A DNA stretch of 64,000 bases from Phoronis australis (lineage: Eukaryota; Animalia; Phoronida): NCBI GenBank assembly GCA_002633005.1, contig NMRA01000648.1:102406-166405 (forward strand). Reading direction: 5' to 3'. Under the pieces are notes generated by a model that did not search any database, had not been told where the DNA came from, and was given only the letters and a program-made list of their open reading frames with translations. Position numbers and translations under genes: made by a program. Positions 1 through 12,265 of this stretch are shown in pieces. Numbering within the stretch: the stretch's first letter is position 1; the number at the start of each line of letters is the position of its first letter.

Positions 1-99
1 CGCAAAGGCTACTGGGATTGTTGATGGTAAACGGGATGACCGACTGGTTTGCACGACGTGTAATTTGTGTGCATTAAACTACGCTGCTGTATGTAATTC

Positions 100-1367
100 T
101 GCCGCTATTCGCCCTAATTAGCGCCCATGGCTCAACAAGTGCCCCAACGCGTTTTCAGACTTTGCTAAAGTAAGCGCCCAGCCCATGAACTACATGCGAA
201 AAATGCCCTTACCTACAGTTCTAACGTCTCCAATTTATCAATTGAAAGATCCGACAGCCTGAATTTGTAACGGACCACGAGCCTCACCGTTATGTCCGTA
301 TACACTTCAAACTTACGCCGCGATTCAAAAAGAACGCAGAAGTTTTGCTGCTCTTGCGAGGGATGTGCCCCACTACGCGGGTCTGGACTTTGAAAACAGA
401 CACAGCGTACTTGTCAAAGAGCGGGATTGCATTGTTTCTTTCCAGTACAGATCTTCTCCGGCCTCAAACTTCTTTGTGCATGTGAAAACCGTGAATCGAA
501 GACTAATAAAAAAAACTCGACCAGTGTTAGCACGCGACCAAGAAGCGCGCGCTGCATAATGTACCGACTGTCATCGAAGATTAATCGGGTAACATAGCAT
601 CGGCAAATAAATATTGGCACTAATTTCCGAAAGTTTCCAATACCGTAAAAAGCTTCTGCATTATTTTTAAGAGAAATTATTTAACTAATCATAATTGGTG
701 TTTTTAAGGTCAAAATGACCCACTTCGCACCCTTACACCCCAAATCTTCCGGGAAATAGCTGTTACACTACGGTCACGCATCCACTCACCCGGCGACTCA
801 ATGAGTGACATGTCGGTCTTACCGAAAAAATTCTCGAACGTTTTTAGCAGATGAGGCCAGCAAGTGCTAAGCCGTAAATATTAAAACACGCTCTGCTTGA
901 CTGCTTGACTTATTTTTTTTTTGGATACAATGCACACCTAGATCATTACATTACTCTGGCAAATGAACTCTGATGACAAGCACACGCACGCTTACTCTCA
1001 CACACACGCATACAAACTTCAAAACAAACGTCACGTGACAACAACATGTGTTCCCACAGAGATTTTTCTCGGGTTGCGTGCTACAATCTAGCGTAGATTT
1101 GGACTTAATCTGCAGTTAATCCAGACTTCACAAGAACTTAAAAATCTTAGAGACGCTATTTGGAAAACTTGAGGAGGATTTCAGGTAATTTGTTGAGTCA
1201 AAGCTGTATTCTTATTTAAGAATTCAAGCCCTATCGACGATTGCGAGACCAGCAGCTACGCATTTGTCGGCAAGATTTCGCCCTGGAACTTCAACAAAAT
1301 TTTATGAAAAATGATCGTAATTTAACAACGAATTTTGATAGCAATGTACCACAATTTTGTAGAAAGT
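100..1367 (-). mobile_element. Diverged, one-end-truncated copy of the Tc1/mariner-pogo-like non-autonomous element at 44293-45707 (opposite orientation)
   Basis: 100-235 (gccgctattcgccctaattagcgcccat...gttttcagactttgct...aagcgccca) aligns to the reverse complement of ~45585-45709. 1091-1200 aligns to the reverse complement of ~44625-44735. Similarity fades near 1367 and the second TIR is not found. Confidence 0.8.
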
Positions 1368-1519
1368 AAATAATAATAATCTGCACGCTTTATCTTAGCG
1401 CGTAATGCATATAGTGTGCATACGTTAAGTGAGTCGACCCAGAACAGGTGATTGTGCAGAGGCATTATCCTCAAAATTGCTCATGTTGGCTTGGTTCTGG
1501 TCAAGCGAAAACAAGTTTT

Positions 1520-1807
1520 TTTTTCACTACCAACCGCCGTGGAGTATTTGTTACTGTTTCTTTGAAGGGAGATATTGTTGGGCAGTTTCTAAGATACGTT
1601 TTCTTGCCGCCCTCAAAATGAGCGCTGCACACTTTATGCTACGAAGTCGGAAAGAATTCACGAAGTCGGCCTTTGCTACCAGCTCTACCGATGTCTCTGA
1701 CCCATGTTTAACGCAGTTCTTGATCCTTGGGAAACAGGTAGTAACTAAATTTTTTATTTCGCTAACTGGTATTATAGCATGCCAGGCACACAACACGTAT
1801 AACCTCC
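1520..1807 (-). pseudogene. Decayed THAP zinc-finger coding sequence (transposase N-terminus type, ISL2EU/Harbinger-like)
   Basis: Manual translation across one frameshift gives GGYTCCVPG/CYNTS*RNKKFSYYLFPKDQELR*TWVRDIGRAG...FPTS*HKVCSAHFEGGKKTYLRNCPTI. It has the C2CH ligands, FPKD, the conserved W and a PTI box, plus three in-frame stops. Confidence 0.8.
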
Positions 1808-2759
1808 CTGTGGCCGGTTCGCCCCCACGCTTGCCGACGTACTTGTTTACCGGCTTAACCACAATGCAACATTCTGACCCATTTCCAATATGGCGGCGTT
1901 GCGGATGTTATTGAGGCGGAATGAGGTTAGGCAAGCCAGTGTCCTGGACCTTTTTTTACAAGCGCTTCTATAGGCCATTGACACTAGATCCCTGTGAAAT
2001 GGAAACCAAAAGCATCTGGTATAAATTCCTGTCCTTCCTCGCCGAGTGACATTAAATTTTCCTTTCAGAAGAAACGCTTTATTCTAATGGTAAAAACTTT
2101 TCAATTTGGCACGCATTATGGGGAAATGACATTCAGTGACTGCATCGATTGTCTTGTTGTCACTAGAAAGCCCGTTAATAATACACTTTGATGATCTAAT
2201 AAATTTTTCATCAGCAGGCAAGTTTGTCACTAATTATTGAAACCACTAAATTTCTTCAGATTTAAAGCCCCATACAGTGCAGTTGTGCTTATTCTTTATG
2301 AAGCTGAAATGATTACCAAATACGCTAATTTTTGCGAATTGTCATTTTCCTGTTGACCTATAGAAATGTGCAGCGATCAAAATGAAGTACCGCGGTATTC
2401 TCTTTGTTTGCGTTTGATTTGTTTGTGTGTGTAATTATTTTTAGACCTTTCTTAAGAAGGCCTTTGAAAAATTTTAAGTTTTGTGTTAACTTGTTTATGA
2501 ACAAAAGTTCCACATGCAAGAAAAGTATGTTTTTAATTGCAGGTAGCTGGATAAAAACTTGCTATGCACAAGATTCGAGAATAATTATCAGTGCATTTAA
2601 AAACAAAATGACAAACTGAATAACCACATAAATACAAAGAAACAACATTGTTAAAAACTATTATAATTTCCCCAATGCAAGGGAGTCCATAATCAGCTAT
2701 ATCAAGGGCTGAATTTCTGAATTAGGTTCAATTCTCTCAGGTTATTGTTGAAGGATTGC

Positions 2760-3677
2760 TTTTCACTTTGTCCAAAGGTAAAATAGACGGTCAGGAGGCA
2801 GGTTTCAGTCGTTTTCTCTCACCTGTAACAAAATAATCAGAGAAATATTAGCAAATTATAAAACAAAACGCAAGACAAAACTACTTTGGTAAGGCAGAAC
2901 ATGCTTGAAGTTTCATCTTCATGTTTATATGTAGAAACTAATAATCTTTGTACCCAAGTCTTATTTAAGATCTGAATTAAAATATGTGAAACAGGCTAAA
3001 CGTGATTTAACAATGTCTTGTTTCATTACATCTAAAATGTGCTTCTGATCTCAACAAGTAAAATTCATTCTAGGTGTCAAATTTTAGTCCAATGCAATAT
3101 GTTACGACATTTACTGAATAGCTTATTCATGTTAATTCGGTAACTAATCTGGTAGTCCCGAGGGCGGGGTCCGCTTCAAAATAAGGAAACTCACTCATCT
3201 AGAGAATTTTATTGGACATGGCATAGCTTTGAAGAGAAACTGCTGTAAAGAAGCCACCCTTGACTTCTGAGCGTCACGTAGCAAACACCGCTTATATTGG
3301 GCGAACTCCCATCCAGGACAATATGGGAAAATGTGCTGCTAACCTTCCCGGCATCCGAGTCCCGGGTGCATTTCCGAAAAGAAACACTTAGTTGCACTCA
3401 ATAAAACCGTTATTCAGTGGGGTAACTGTTGGGGATAACATCACCGAACGATGTCGATAGAAATTAATTGCTAAAAACTTACCTAGTAACGTTATGTAGT
3501 CTCCCAAATGCATAGAGCACACACGGGGCTTCGGCATCCACACCTTTTGTCAGTTAGTTGACCCTTTTGACCAATATGTAGTAACCTTAGGTCTTTTGGG
3601 AATTTGTGGCCACCTGTCGAAGACTTGCACCGGGGAAAATAGCAATAATAAGGCTTTGCGCGACGACTTATTTTCAT
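2760..3677 (-). pseudogene. Second decayed THAP-domain gene with two exons (3677-3483 and 2822-~2760)
   Basis: Exon 1 reads MKISRRAKPYYCYFPRCKSSTGGHKFPKDLRL, then a frameshift to WSKGSTN*QKVWMPKPRVCSMHLGDYITLL, with donor G|GTAAGT at 3483/3482. Acceptor ttgttacAG| at 2823/2822 continues phase 1 as GERKRLKPAS*PSILP (THAP AVPTIF-type box). Confidence 0.75.
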
Positions 3678-4473
3678 AAAAATTCCGTCTTTTCACCAGC
3701 TGTTTACATGCAGACATCGACGCATGCGCAATTCAATCGCCTCTAGCACAGCAGCGACACCGCGAGTAGAATTCTCCGAATAGCCCCATTGGCGACAACG
3801 AAGCATGAATAAAATAAACAAAAAATGAACAGAATTACACGCATTTATCTCAGACTACACTTCAACAGATGTTGTTTTTTGTCACATATATCGTTTTTTA
3901 CGTGAGTGTGTTCTTCTTTTGTATTTGGGCACTGACCCTCAACTTCCCCGGCTTTTTAACCAAATTACCGCCTCACTCGCATGTAGTTCCAGAGTTCGGG
4001 CATCATGTCCACTAGCACAATACTCTGATAATATCTACATTCTTCTTTGCAACCGGTTATCAGGGTTTCAAAGCAGATTTGTCAATTTAATTAGGAAATC
4101 GAGTTTTGTACGACTCACTTTATTGGCTGTAAAACCGTACGAGTCCCTTTATGATAATACTCAACAATACTGAAATCATGACGTTTAATGGGTTGGCTTG
4201 CTTTTCTCACGCGATTCATAGGAAAAACGAATAACGACTTACAGTATTGATCAAAACTAAGGTCTTTACTGGTAAACGGGTTAGTTATTTTAAACTTACA
4301 CCAGGAAATATATTTTGAATCATTCCCTTTAATGCCAACAAAATTACAAAACAATAAGCAAGAACACAAAGAGCAACATTAACAATGATAGCAACAAGAA
4401 CCACAACAACAACATTTATAAATTATTTCCTCCAGTATGCAATGAATACAGAATCTTTTGTGAAGCTTCTTAC

Positions 4474-4539
4474 CTCACTATTGTAGATCGGAAGAACCTT
4501 GTATGGATTGACTGTGACTAACACGTCACCGATGAAAGT
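4474..4539 (-). CDS. Myosin motor-domain exon (class III-like): TFIGDVLVTVNPYKVLPIYNSE
   Basis: Conserved myosin head motif TYxGxILxxVNPY, acceptor tttccAG, donor GAG|GTAAGA, 66 nt, phase 0/0. The next motor exon (PPHIFA) was not found, so the gene continues left of the window. Confidence 0.92.
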
Positions 4540-4888
4540 CTGGAAATTTAAACGGTGGCACATAGTCATAGATAGTGTAACATGGTGTTTCTGTCTGCTT
4601 TGATGCACAACTAAATCACATGTTGGCACGCATCCATTTTACCTACTAGATTTTGCTCTTTTGAGCATTTCATGGTCTCGCGTGCAGGACGTTGAATAAA
4701 ATGTAACTGAATATTTAAGAAAATTAGGGACATTGGATTTTCAGCAGCGATTGTGAAATAAAAGCATACCTTAAGCTATTTGAAAAAGCAATAGGGAAAC
4801 GATTACCCACACAGAACGCTGCAGAAAATAGTATCCTTTACGATATAAGAATTGTATTATGCAAAAGGAGGCAATTTTTTTCACTCAC

Positions 4889-5026
4889 GTAGTATTTTGT
4901 TTTCTCATATCGTCGTTTCAGATAGTCTAGAATGATATTCGCATCAAGGACTTCAAGTGTTGACAGGTCGTCTGGTTCGGACCGTTGGATTCGGCTACTG
5001 GCTGCTTCACGACTTTTCATAACTCG
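4889..5026 (-). CDS. Myosin exon with the start of the motor domain: RVMKSREAASSRIQRSEPDDLSTLEVLDANIILDYLKRRYEKTKYY
   Basis: DDLSTLEVLD closely resembles the start of class III myosin heads (DDLATLEVLD). Acceptor ttctttgtccgtgtttcAG, donor TAC|GTGAGT, in frame with the next exon. The ORF-track start at 5173 is an alternative. Confidence 0.88.
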
Positions 5027-6025
5027 CTGAAACACGGACAAAGAACCACTGGTTGGATGGTAATGATTCACCAGAAGGGTATACATTGACATCGAGGCTC
5101 CTTTTTCCAAACCATAATAATGTGACACGCTTGATTTCGTTTTGGGTTGCGTTTTGTTTTTCACAAGTTCCATTTTTTAAAACTGAACGCTTTGTTGATT
5201 CCTGAAAGTTCATGTACCAGAGTGAAACAAGACTTTTTGTTTACTATGTTTCTCACTCCCGCTCGATCGTAGTGCTTCATCACATAAATAGAGGTCGCTT
5301 AGAACATTCTGATCCCTAATTCCCGTTTATGCTTTTCCATGTTTTAACTCTATTCTCTCAGACTGCTCTTTCTTTGTTTTTGTTGTGAGGTGTGTTTTGG
5401 TTTGCAAAGTAATTAGCAAAAATTTGAAAATAACGCGACAGTATACCTTCAAGCTACACAAATATACTTGCTTAACCAAAACACGTGCGTTCGAACAGGG
5501 CATGTGTATATATTAGGCCTACTTGCTTACTAAGTCGTAATTAGGTATTTTGCCAAGTATTATGTTGTTACGAAGTAGTGTCATGGGATATTTCTGTCAT
5601 TGCAACTTAGTTATTTCTCTTGCCGCATTCCAGTCGAGCAGTGACTGTTTCCATGGTAATTACCGAGGCTCGTGGTGGTCATTTGTTATTACGCCTGTAT
5701 TCAATTTTCGCTTGCGTGCACCGAGTTGAAACAAGCAATTGCAATGTCACTACTACGCCTCCTGAAGCTAGATTGGTGAAAAATATACTCATGGTTAGCC
5801 TTGTTAGCCTTATTGAAACTTTCAGTGATACGTTTTGTATCAAGGTGAGATCATACAAATGAGTCATTACATACAGGTATCTCAGTTTCAGAGACACGTT
5901 TTAATTCAACGCAATGCAAAGCAACAACCATGTTGAAAATCTAACAAATTTAATCTTGTTTAAACAAGTCACATTTAGACCCTTATTACCCCATGGTTTT
6001 ACAAAATTGTGACTATTTTCTTTTT

Positions 6026-6416
6026 CCGGGGTCGGTCTGATGTTTCCCTGTCCCTATATTCCCCGTCCCAATGTTCCTCCTACTTGTTAATTCAATTTCT
6101 GCGTTTAAGAATGGTATTTTGATGCACCTTAGGTGCATAACCGTAGGCGCATGCGCCGAAACAGTAACGAAAAAACATTTACTTGATTATATCACGGTTT
6201 TCAGCATAGGATCTATCTTCAATTTTAATTAGCAATAGATTGTATAATCAAAACAAAGAACTTGATTTCCGATACATTGAAAATATGGAAAGGGCCGGGG
6301 GATAATCGGGACGGGGGAGCATAGGGCCGTGCGAACATAGGAACGAGGGAAAAATCAATTGGGGGAATGTAAGGACAGAGGAATACAAGGACAGGAAACA
6401 GAGGCACGGACCCCTG
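6026..6416. mobile_element. Non-autonomous DNA-transposon-like element with short TIR and ~15-bp subterminal repeats
   Basis: Ends are ggggtcgg and cggacccc. The left arm has pyrimidine-rich units (ccctatattccccgt, cccaatgttcc) mirrored by purine-rich units on the right (ggagcatagggcc, gaacataggaac, ggaatacaaggac). Confidence 0.5.
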
Positions 6417-6435
6417 TTTGTAAAGCTCTACGTAT

Positions 6436-7039
6436 CATGCGCGCACCCAGGGGGGCTCCGGGGACTCGAACGAGCCCCCCCCCCCNNNNNNNNNNNNNNN
6501 NNNNNNNNNNNNNNNNNNNNNNNNNNNNNNNNNNNNNNNNNNNNNNNNNNNNNNNNNNNNNNNNNNNNNNNNNNNNNNNNNNNNNNNNNNNNNNNNNNNN
6601 NNNNNNNNNNNNNNNNNNNNNNNNNNNNNNNNNNNNNNNNNNNNNNNNNNNNNNNNNNNNNNNNNNNNNNNNNNNNNNNNNNNNNNNNNNNNNNNNNNNN
6701 NNNNNNNNNNNNNNNNNNNNNNNNNNNNNNNNNNNNNNNNNNNNNNNNNNNNNNNNNNNNNNNNNNNNNNNNNNNNNNNNNNNNNNNNNNNNNNNNNNNN
6801 NNNNNNNNNNNNNNNNNNNNNNNNNNNNNNNNNNNNNNNNNNNNNNNNNNNNNNNNNNNNNNNNNNNNNNNNNNNNNNNNNNNNNNNNNNNNNNNNNNNN
6901 NNNNNNNNNNNNNNNNNNNNNNNNNNNNNNNNNNNNNNNNNNNNNNNNNNNNNNNNNNNNNNNNNNNNNNNNNNNNNNNNNNNTCGCCAGAAATTCGAGC
7001 CCCCCCCCCCCCATATCTCAAAGGCTGGGTGCGCGCATG
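6436..7039. mobile_element. MITE with CATGCGCGCACCCAG TIRs; interior lost in an assembly gap
   Basis: catgcgcgcacccag ... ctgggtgcgcgcatg is a perfect 15-bp inverted repeat. Same family as 31492-31741. Confidence 0.8.
6486..6983. other. Assembly gap (N run)
   Basis: Ns with poly-C tracts adjacent or nearby; ORFs spanning it are artefacts. Confidence 1.
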
Positions 7040-10000
7040 CATATTCCAAAGGTACTTTGCCTTTGGAATTTTCACTCAAGTATTTTCGATGAATGCATAA
7101 ATCAGATACGGGAGGGCTTACGTATCTGGCTCTTTGCGTTTTGAACGCAAACAACTCCGCTCCAACATTGTATCTGTACCAAGTGATAGTATTGAACAGT
7201 CATAGGCTTGCGGAACTTTGATTTAAAAACGTCGCAGTGAAGATGCATTATGGCAGATTAGAGGAGTGAGTGAGTTTGATTTTTGAACGGTATAACAAAC
7301 TATGTCGTTTTTGTCTGATTCACAGAAATGCTAGTTGGCGTCCTTTAAATTCAATTACACCTTTTTGTTTTTGCTCTTTTAATTTTGCTTTGACTACAAA
7401 AACAAATAATAATTCTTGAAAATAAACGCATCTTATTTGAAATCTCAAGCGTTGTGTTATATAACGAAGAGGGTACTGCGAAAAATGGTTTTGTTGAGAT
7501 TGGTGGGACAAAACGCTCATTATGCGCAACATAGTTTTGTGGCCTTCAAAGTCGGGGGTGGTTTGAGCACCTACTCTTCCATTGGTGTCTGAACTTCTTT
7601 TCATACGAACACTAAAAGGCCGACTATTGAAATTTGGGGGTCATTGGAGAGAACTGTGACACTAACTATCGCGGCAGGAAATGATGACCAGTGAAAACTG
7701 AGGACGAGAGAAGGGAAATTGGTTATACGACGGAAAAGAAACTGCCCCCTCAAAATGATTTTTACATTTTGACGGTTTGGACTATTGCGTATAAGGTCCC
7801 CAATTCTGTTTGTCAACAGTTCAAATTCCAGTTAGGGAGACAGGCCATCATTTTCCAAGAAACTAGTTATTCTTCACAAACACCCGTTTTCCCAAACATG
7901 ATTATTATAATAGTCAATTTTTTACAGAAACTCCAAATAAATAGATGGCTTATTTATGCAGCCTGCGTTTCCGTCATCGAGACTGTGACACTGGTGTGAT
8001 TGGCAGCACGATCAAAACTTTGTGCCATACTGGAAGGGTCAATAACAGTTTCCTGGAACGGGACCAACGTGAACTGATTAGGTCAGTGAGCAAAACTTCG
8101 TTAAGGTCAAAACAAGAGGGACACAAATGGGCAGTAAAATGTCGTAACGGTTGTTGACAAACATCAAATCGAATAATGACACTGCCAAATTCGAGATCAA
8201 CACGACATCTTGTTCCAAGAAGAAAAATTCAACTAAGTGTTTTAACTCGGATTTGGGACATGTCATAAAGGTTTTGCCAAGAGGTAGTTACTCTGGTAGA
8301 GATCTGAGCGAGGTCTTAAACCTTCCGGGAGATGTGGTCTGTTTGTCAGGTGGGTCATGCGATCTCGTCGTTTTCTTTATTCGTCTAAAAATAGGTATCT
8401 CCAGCTATGCCTCAGGAAATCGTGTCCTTTAAATTTCAGATGATTAAAATTGAACTGTATGTTTCATTTACTGGGTACCTTTGTTATGGTTCTGTTTCTT
8501 AAAATATCTTTTTAAGAGGGTTCGCCAAAGTTTTAATGCAGCTTGACGTTTTTTCAATTTGCGTATTTTGTATTTTGGTCTTTGTCTACTACAAATCTGC
8601 AAAAATGTGGGGATCTCCGAATTAATTTTCCGTTACAACCACCTAAACGAAGATACCTCTGGCAAAAACGAGAAATTTACATGAGCTACTGAAAAGTAAC
8701 ATCTAATTATACAAATACTTTAATTCTTTTGAGAATGGTTTAATTTCGTTGAACAAGGTTAGTGTTATATTCTAAGGACTTGAATTATACTTCCTGGTTT
8801 ACTGGTCGGCGTAAGTTAACTTATGTCCAGATTCTAAAGACCTCAAATTTTAGCGTTTTGGCTTCTATACTGAAAGTTACACCCTTATTTTTTCTTTTAT
8901 TCTTCATTCTGATGTCCATCGTGTTTTGTATCAAATAAGAAAAAGTGGGGATTATCGACTTCGTTTTGAGCTATTTTAGCTCAAACAACGTCATTAAAAA
9001 TGTCCTATTGAACCTTCTCGAAAGCGAATCAATTTGAAGAGCACGATTATCCCACTGGATTTCAATAGATGGCGATTATGTTATGTTGTTAGGATTGTGA
9101 AATAGGTTTAGCTGATGTGAACAGACGTTTTGCCGTTAATAAATTTAAATTTGCCGTTTGAATTAAGTCACACCAACGTCTGCACTTGTGTTTACCAATT
9201 GTTTAATGTGACGTCATCATGAACTTTGATGTCACGCACTAACATTAAACGCTAAAATAAAAAAACAACATCAACAACAAATCATCATTTAGCAAACTGT
9301 GTCGAAACTTTTAAAAACGTATTTTTAACCCATACGAATACTATTACATTTTTCATGAAACCTATATGTTTACGAAAACAACAATAACAATAAATATTTC
9401 ATTTTCACGCCGAGCGCGAAACTTCGAAATTCTGTCCTATCTTTATTCAAAAATGTTTAACATTCGAACATTTAAAACTACGATTCTTTACTACGGCAAC
9501 TGCTAAAACTAATACCATGCGTAATAAAAGGAATATCACTCGATTCTTAGATAAGACAGTTATCTAAATTCGTTTTTACAATTTGATCATCGTTGTCATT
9601 TTTTCCAGTAGCGGCCCCCAATGCCAGTGTGTACATAAAACTGCACCTCTGGTTGTACTTAGTACCTAGTCTACATTCTTAACTGTGATACCCCGAGGGT
9701 ATCTCAAGTAGTTGCTTTTGAAAACAATACTGAAACAACAAGGAGCACGCAAGCGTTTTTTCATTCAGCGTCAAAAGTAAAAGTGCTATTTACTTAGTGG
9801 ATGAAATGGAATGTTTGAGGGGGAGTCAATATGAATTGACGTGTTTGGCACACCGGGTTTAGAGCCGTACGCAGAGTTAGGGTGTGTCTCCCAAATGGCA
9901 CTAAGCCACTCGACCAGTTAATGGTGCTACGATTTCTCAACTGGACTCAGAGACTGTGGCCATCTTTGAGGCCCTAAAAATGAACACCTTTTTCCATTTT

Positions 10001-10313
10001 ATTTTCAAGAAATTTTGTAGTTGCATTCCAACATTCTTTGGATTGCTTACTGGACTACTGCATAAAAGGCAATGATTTATAAAATGCTGTATTGTAGTAT
10101 TCCAAATGATCAATTTGTTTTCAAAGTTTTTAAAACATTTAAGTTTTTTTGTTCTGTGACACCAAGCTTGGCGCATAAAATGACACATCGTGAAAAGTCA
10201 ACTCGAAAGATCTCAAGAGATAACAATCTGTCTGTTCTTCGGAAGCCCGGAAATCATCTCCAAGCTGACAAAGGAACAATTTGAGACTAATTTCGTAAAG
10301 TTTAAATGAAAAG

Positions 10314-10474
10314 CCTGGGTAGAGTTCAGTAACGCTAGGACCTCGCAAAAAAGCAAAACCTCGCGAGATTACGTGAGATATTGTTGTGTATTTTATACGA
10401 GAACGCGTGACTTTGGCTAAAGTTTAACGAGGTCCTAGAGTAGGTCTTAGCGCTGCTACTAAATTATACCCGGG
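10314..10474 (+). mobile_element. ~150-bp MITE family (TTCAGTAACGCTAGGACC), copy 1
   Basis: TIR-like ends gttcagtaacgctaggacct ... aggtcttagcgctgctactaaa, with the shared core gcgagattacgtgagatattg..gtgtatttt..gagaac.cgtgactttggcta. Confidence 0.85.
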
Positions 10475-10891
10475 TTTTGTGGTGGGTGACCTTTTGACCT
10501 TGAAGAACGTGACTAGATGACGCCATTGTTGGTTTACTGTGATAATCCAGTCTATGGAATAATATACAAAAACCTTTTACTTTGCCGTAAATACAAGACA
10601 AGTGTCAAAAGTCAATAGGTGTTAAGTCAAACCCCCCTTGAATACCGTGCACTTTAAGACAAATGGAATGACATGTATCGTTACTTGAGCCAGTTATATT
10701 GAAATAAATCACATGTTTGTACGATATTTGCTAAACCTAAAAAGTTACCTAGCAGTGAACGCCAACAGATTTTAGAAATTGCCCACTCAAGACATACAAA
10801 ATGAAACTACGTTTGAATCCAGGTACGAAAAGTGTAATAGAGAGAAAGAGAAGTAGAGAGAAAAAGAGAAGGAGAGAGAGAGAAAATTTAC

Positions 10892-10978
10892 CTTGGACGA
10901 ATTTCTTCTTTCCAGGAATTTTTTCAATTTAGACTTTCGTGAAGCCCACATTTTGGCCAAACTTGTAGTATTCTTATA
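10892..10978 (-). CDS. Putative upstream myosin exon: YKNTTSLAKMWASRKSKLKKFLERRNSSK
   Basis: Acceptor ttatttttctAG, donor AAG|GTAAAT, 87 nt open, phase 0/0 and compatible with exon 5026-4889. Internal ATG at 10951. No homology support. Confidence 0.55.
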
Positions 10979-12199
10979 CTAGAAAAATAATCCTGACTGA
11001 TATCACGTCACTTCTCTGGCCCATTGTCACGTAGACTGCATAAGGAAATTGGTGCGGCGTTTGGCTGCGTTGTACTTGTTAAAGGCATTTTTTTCTAGAA
11101 TCTATTGTGCGTGTGTGTTTGAACAAAAGAAAATTCCTGCTCCTTGGCCAATTCAGGTACGCTGTTTTTCATTGGCTCTTTCAATCATTTCCTTGTTCAA
11201 GGTATCGAAAATTGTGGTGCTTTTTAACGAGACATTATCAGCGAGAAAAGTAATATTCTTAGATCATCCTAGGTGCGGTATGCGAACCTGCAATCCCCGA
11301 GTTCGCTGTCTAACCCTCTGTTGGTGTGGGAATATGTAAATCCCAAATAATTGACAGAGTTTTTTCAGCGTATTTTAAGCAATATTTAGCATTGCTTAGC
11401 CAGTGGTGGATCTAGGATATCGCAAAGGGGAGCCCAACATTTTGTCTGTAATCATTTGCTGCAAGCACGATTGTAGATGTGCATAGCACCGAATGGGGGG
11501 AGATCCAAATCTTATATAAACATTGAAGATGCAATTTCAAAAAAATTGTCTCAGTTTCCTATTTTGCCCTTACGTTTCATGAAAGTTCTCAAAACTAACA
11601 ATTTTGGAAAACGTAGGATACAAATTCAATTTTTTAAAAAGGCTTTCCAAACGAGTTTCAATAAGGGCGCACAGATTACAATTTCTGAGAATTTTACACA
11701 ATTACTAAGCCCTTTTTGAGATTTCCGAAAAATGTGAGGTTATCATCTCAAAGCAAATATTTATGGGAATGTTCCGCTTGGAATCAAGAAGCGAAATGTT
11801 CGTTGTCTCTTCTTCATCATTTTTGGTGTGTTTCTCCACGGGCTACTGGGCTAACTAGGAACCATAATCATTTACATTATATTATATTATATTATATTGT
11901 ATTATATTATTAACGCACGTCATTGACGAGACTTCAACGAAATATAATCTGTCCGAAATAGTCCTTGTACTCCTTTCAGTTTCGATTTGATATGTTTTGC
12001 TACAAAAGTGGCAGGTGTAGTTTTGTCTCAAAAATTTTTATACTACCGTTTGCTGAAATATTATTACTATCAGATATGCTATGCGTACAGACTGTCGTAG
12101 ATTTCGTTTGTCTGAATTTACCACTTAAGTCAGTCATTTTATTGTATAACTTGGTGCCGTAGGGATATGGAACAGGTAAAAAGCCTCATACTCACTTAC

Positions 12200-12265
12200 A
12201 CTGTACATCACGTCATCATGATTATGCGGACAATTCCCTCGTAAAGTATTTTCAGTGGGTTTCAT
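12200..12265 (-). CDS. Putative first coding segment of the myosin: MKPTENTLRGNCPHNHDDVMYS
   Basis: aacATG start with an in-frame TGA ten codons upstream, 22 open codons, donor AGT|GTAAGT in phase 0. Inferred from splice signals only. Confidence 0.4.

Noticed and set aside
2760-2822. Next myosin exon
   Set aside because: The phase-0 reading hits a stop and lacks PPHIFA; the phase-1 reading gives the THAP C-terminal box instead.
5027-5173. ORF-track N-terminus MELVKNKTQ... as the myosin start
   Set aside because: A strong acceptor at 5027/5026 and phase-compatible upstream exons make it more likely intronic; not excluded as an alternative start.
6355-7154. Long ORFs of 215-261 aa
   Set aside because: They run through the N gap and the real flanks are MITE ends.
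11264-11340. tRNA or tRNA-derived SINE (B-box-like ggttcgcat on the minus strand)
   Set aside because: No cloverleaf or clear A-box; too degenerate to call.
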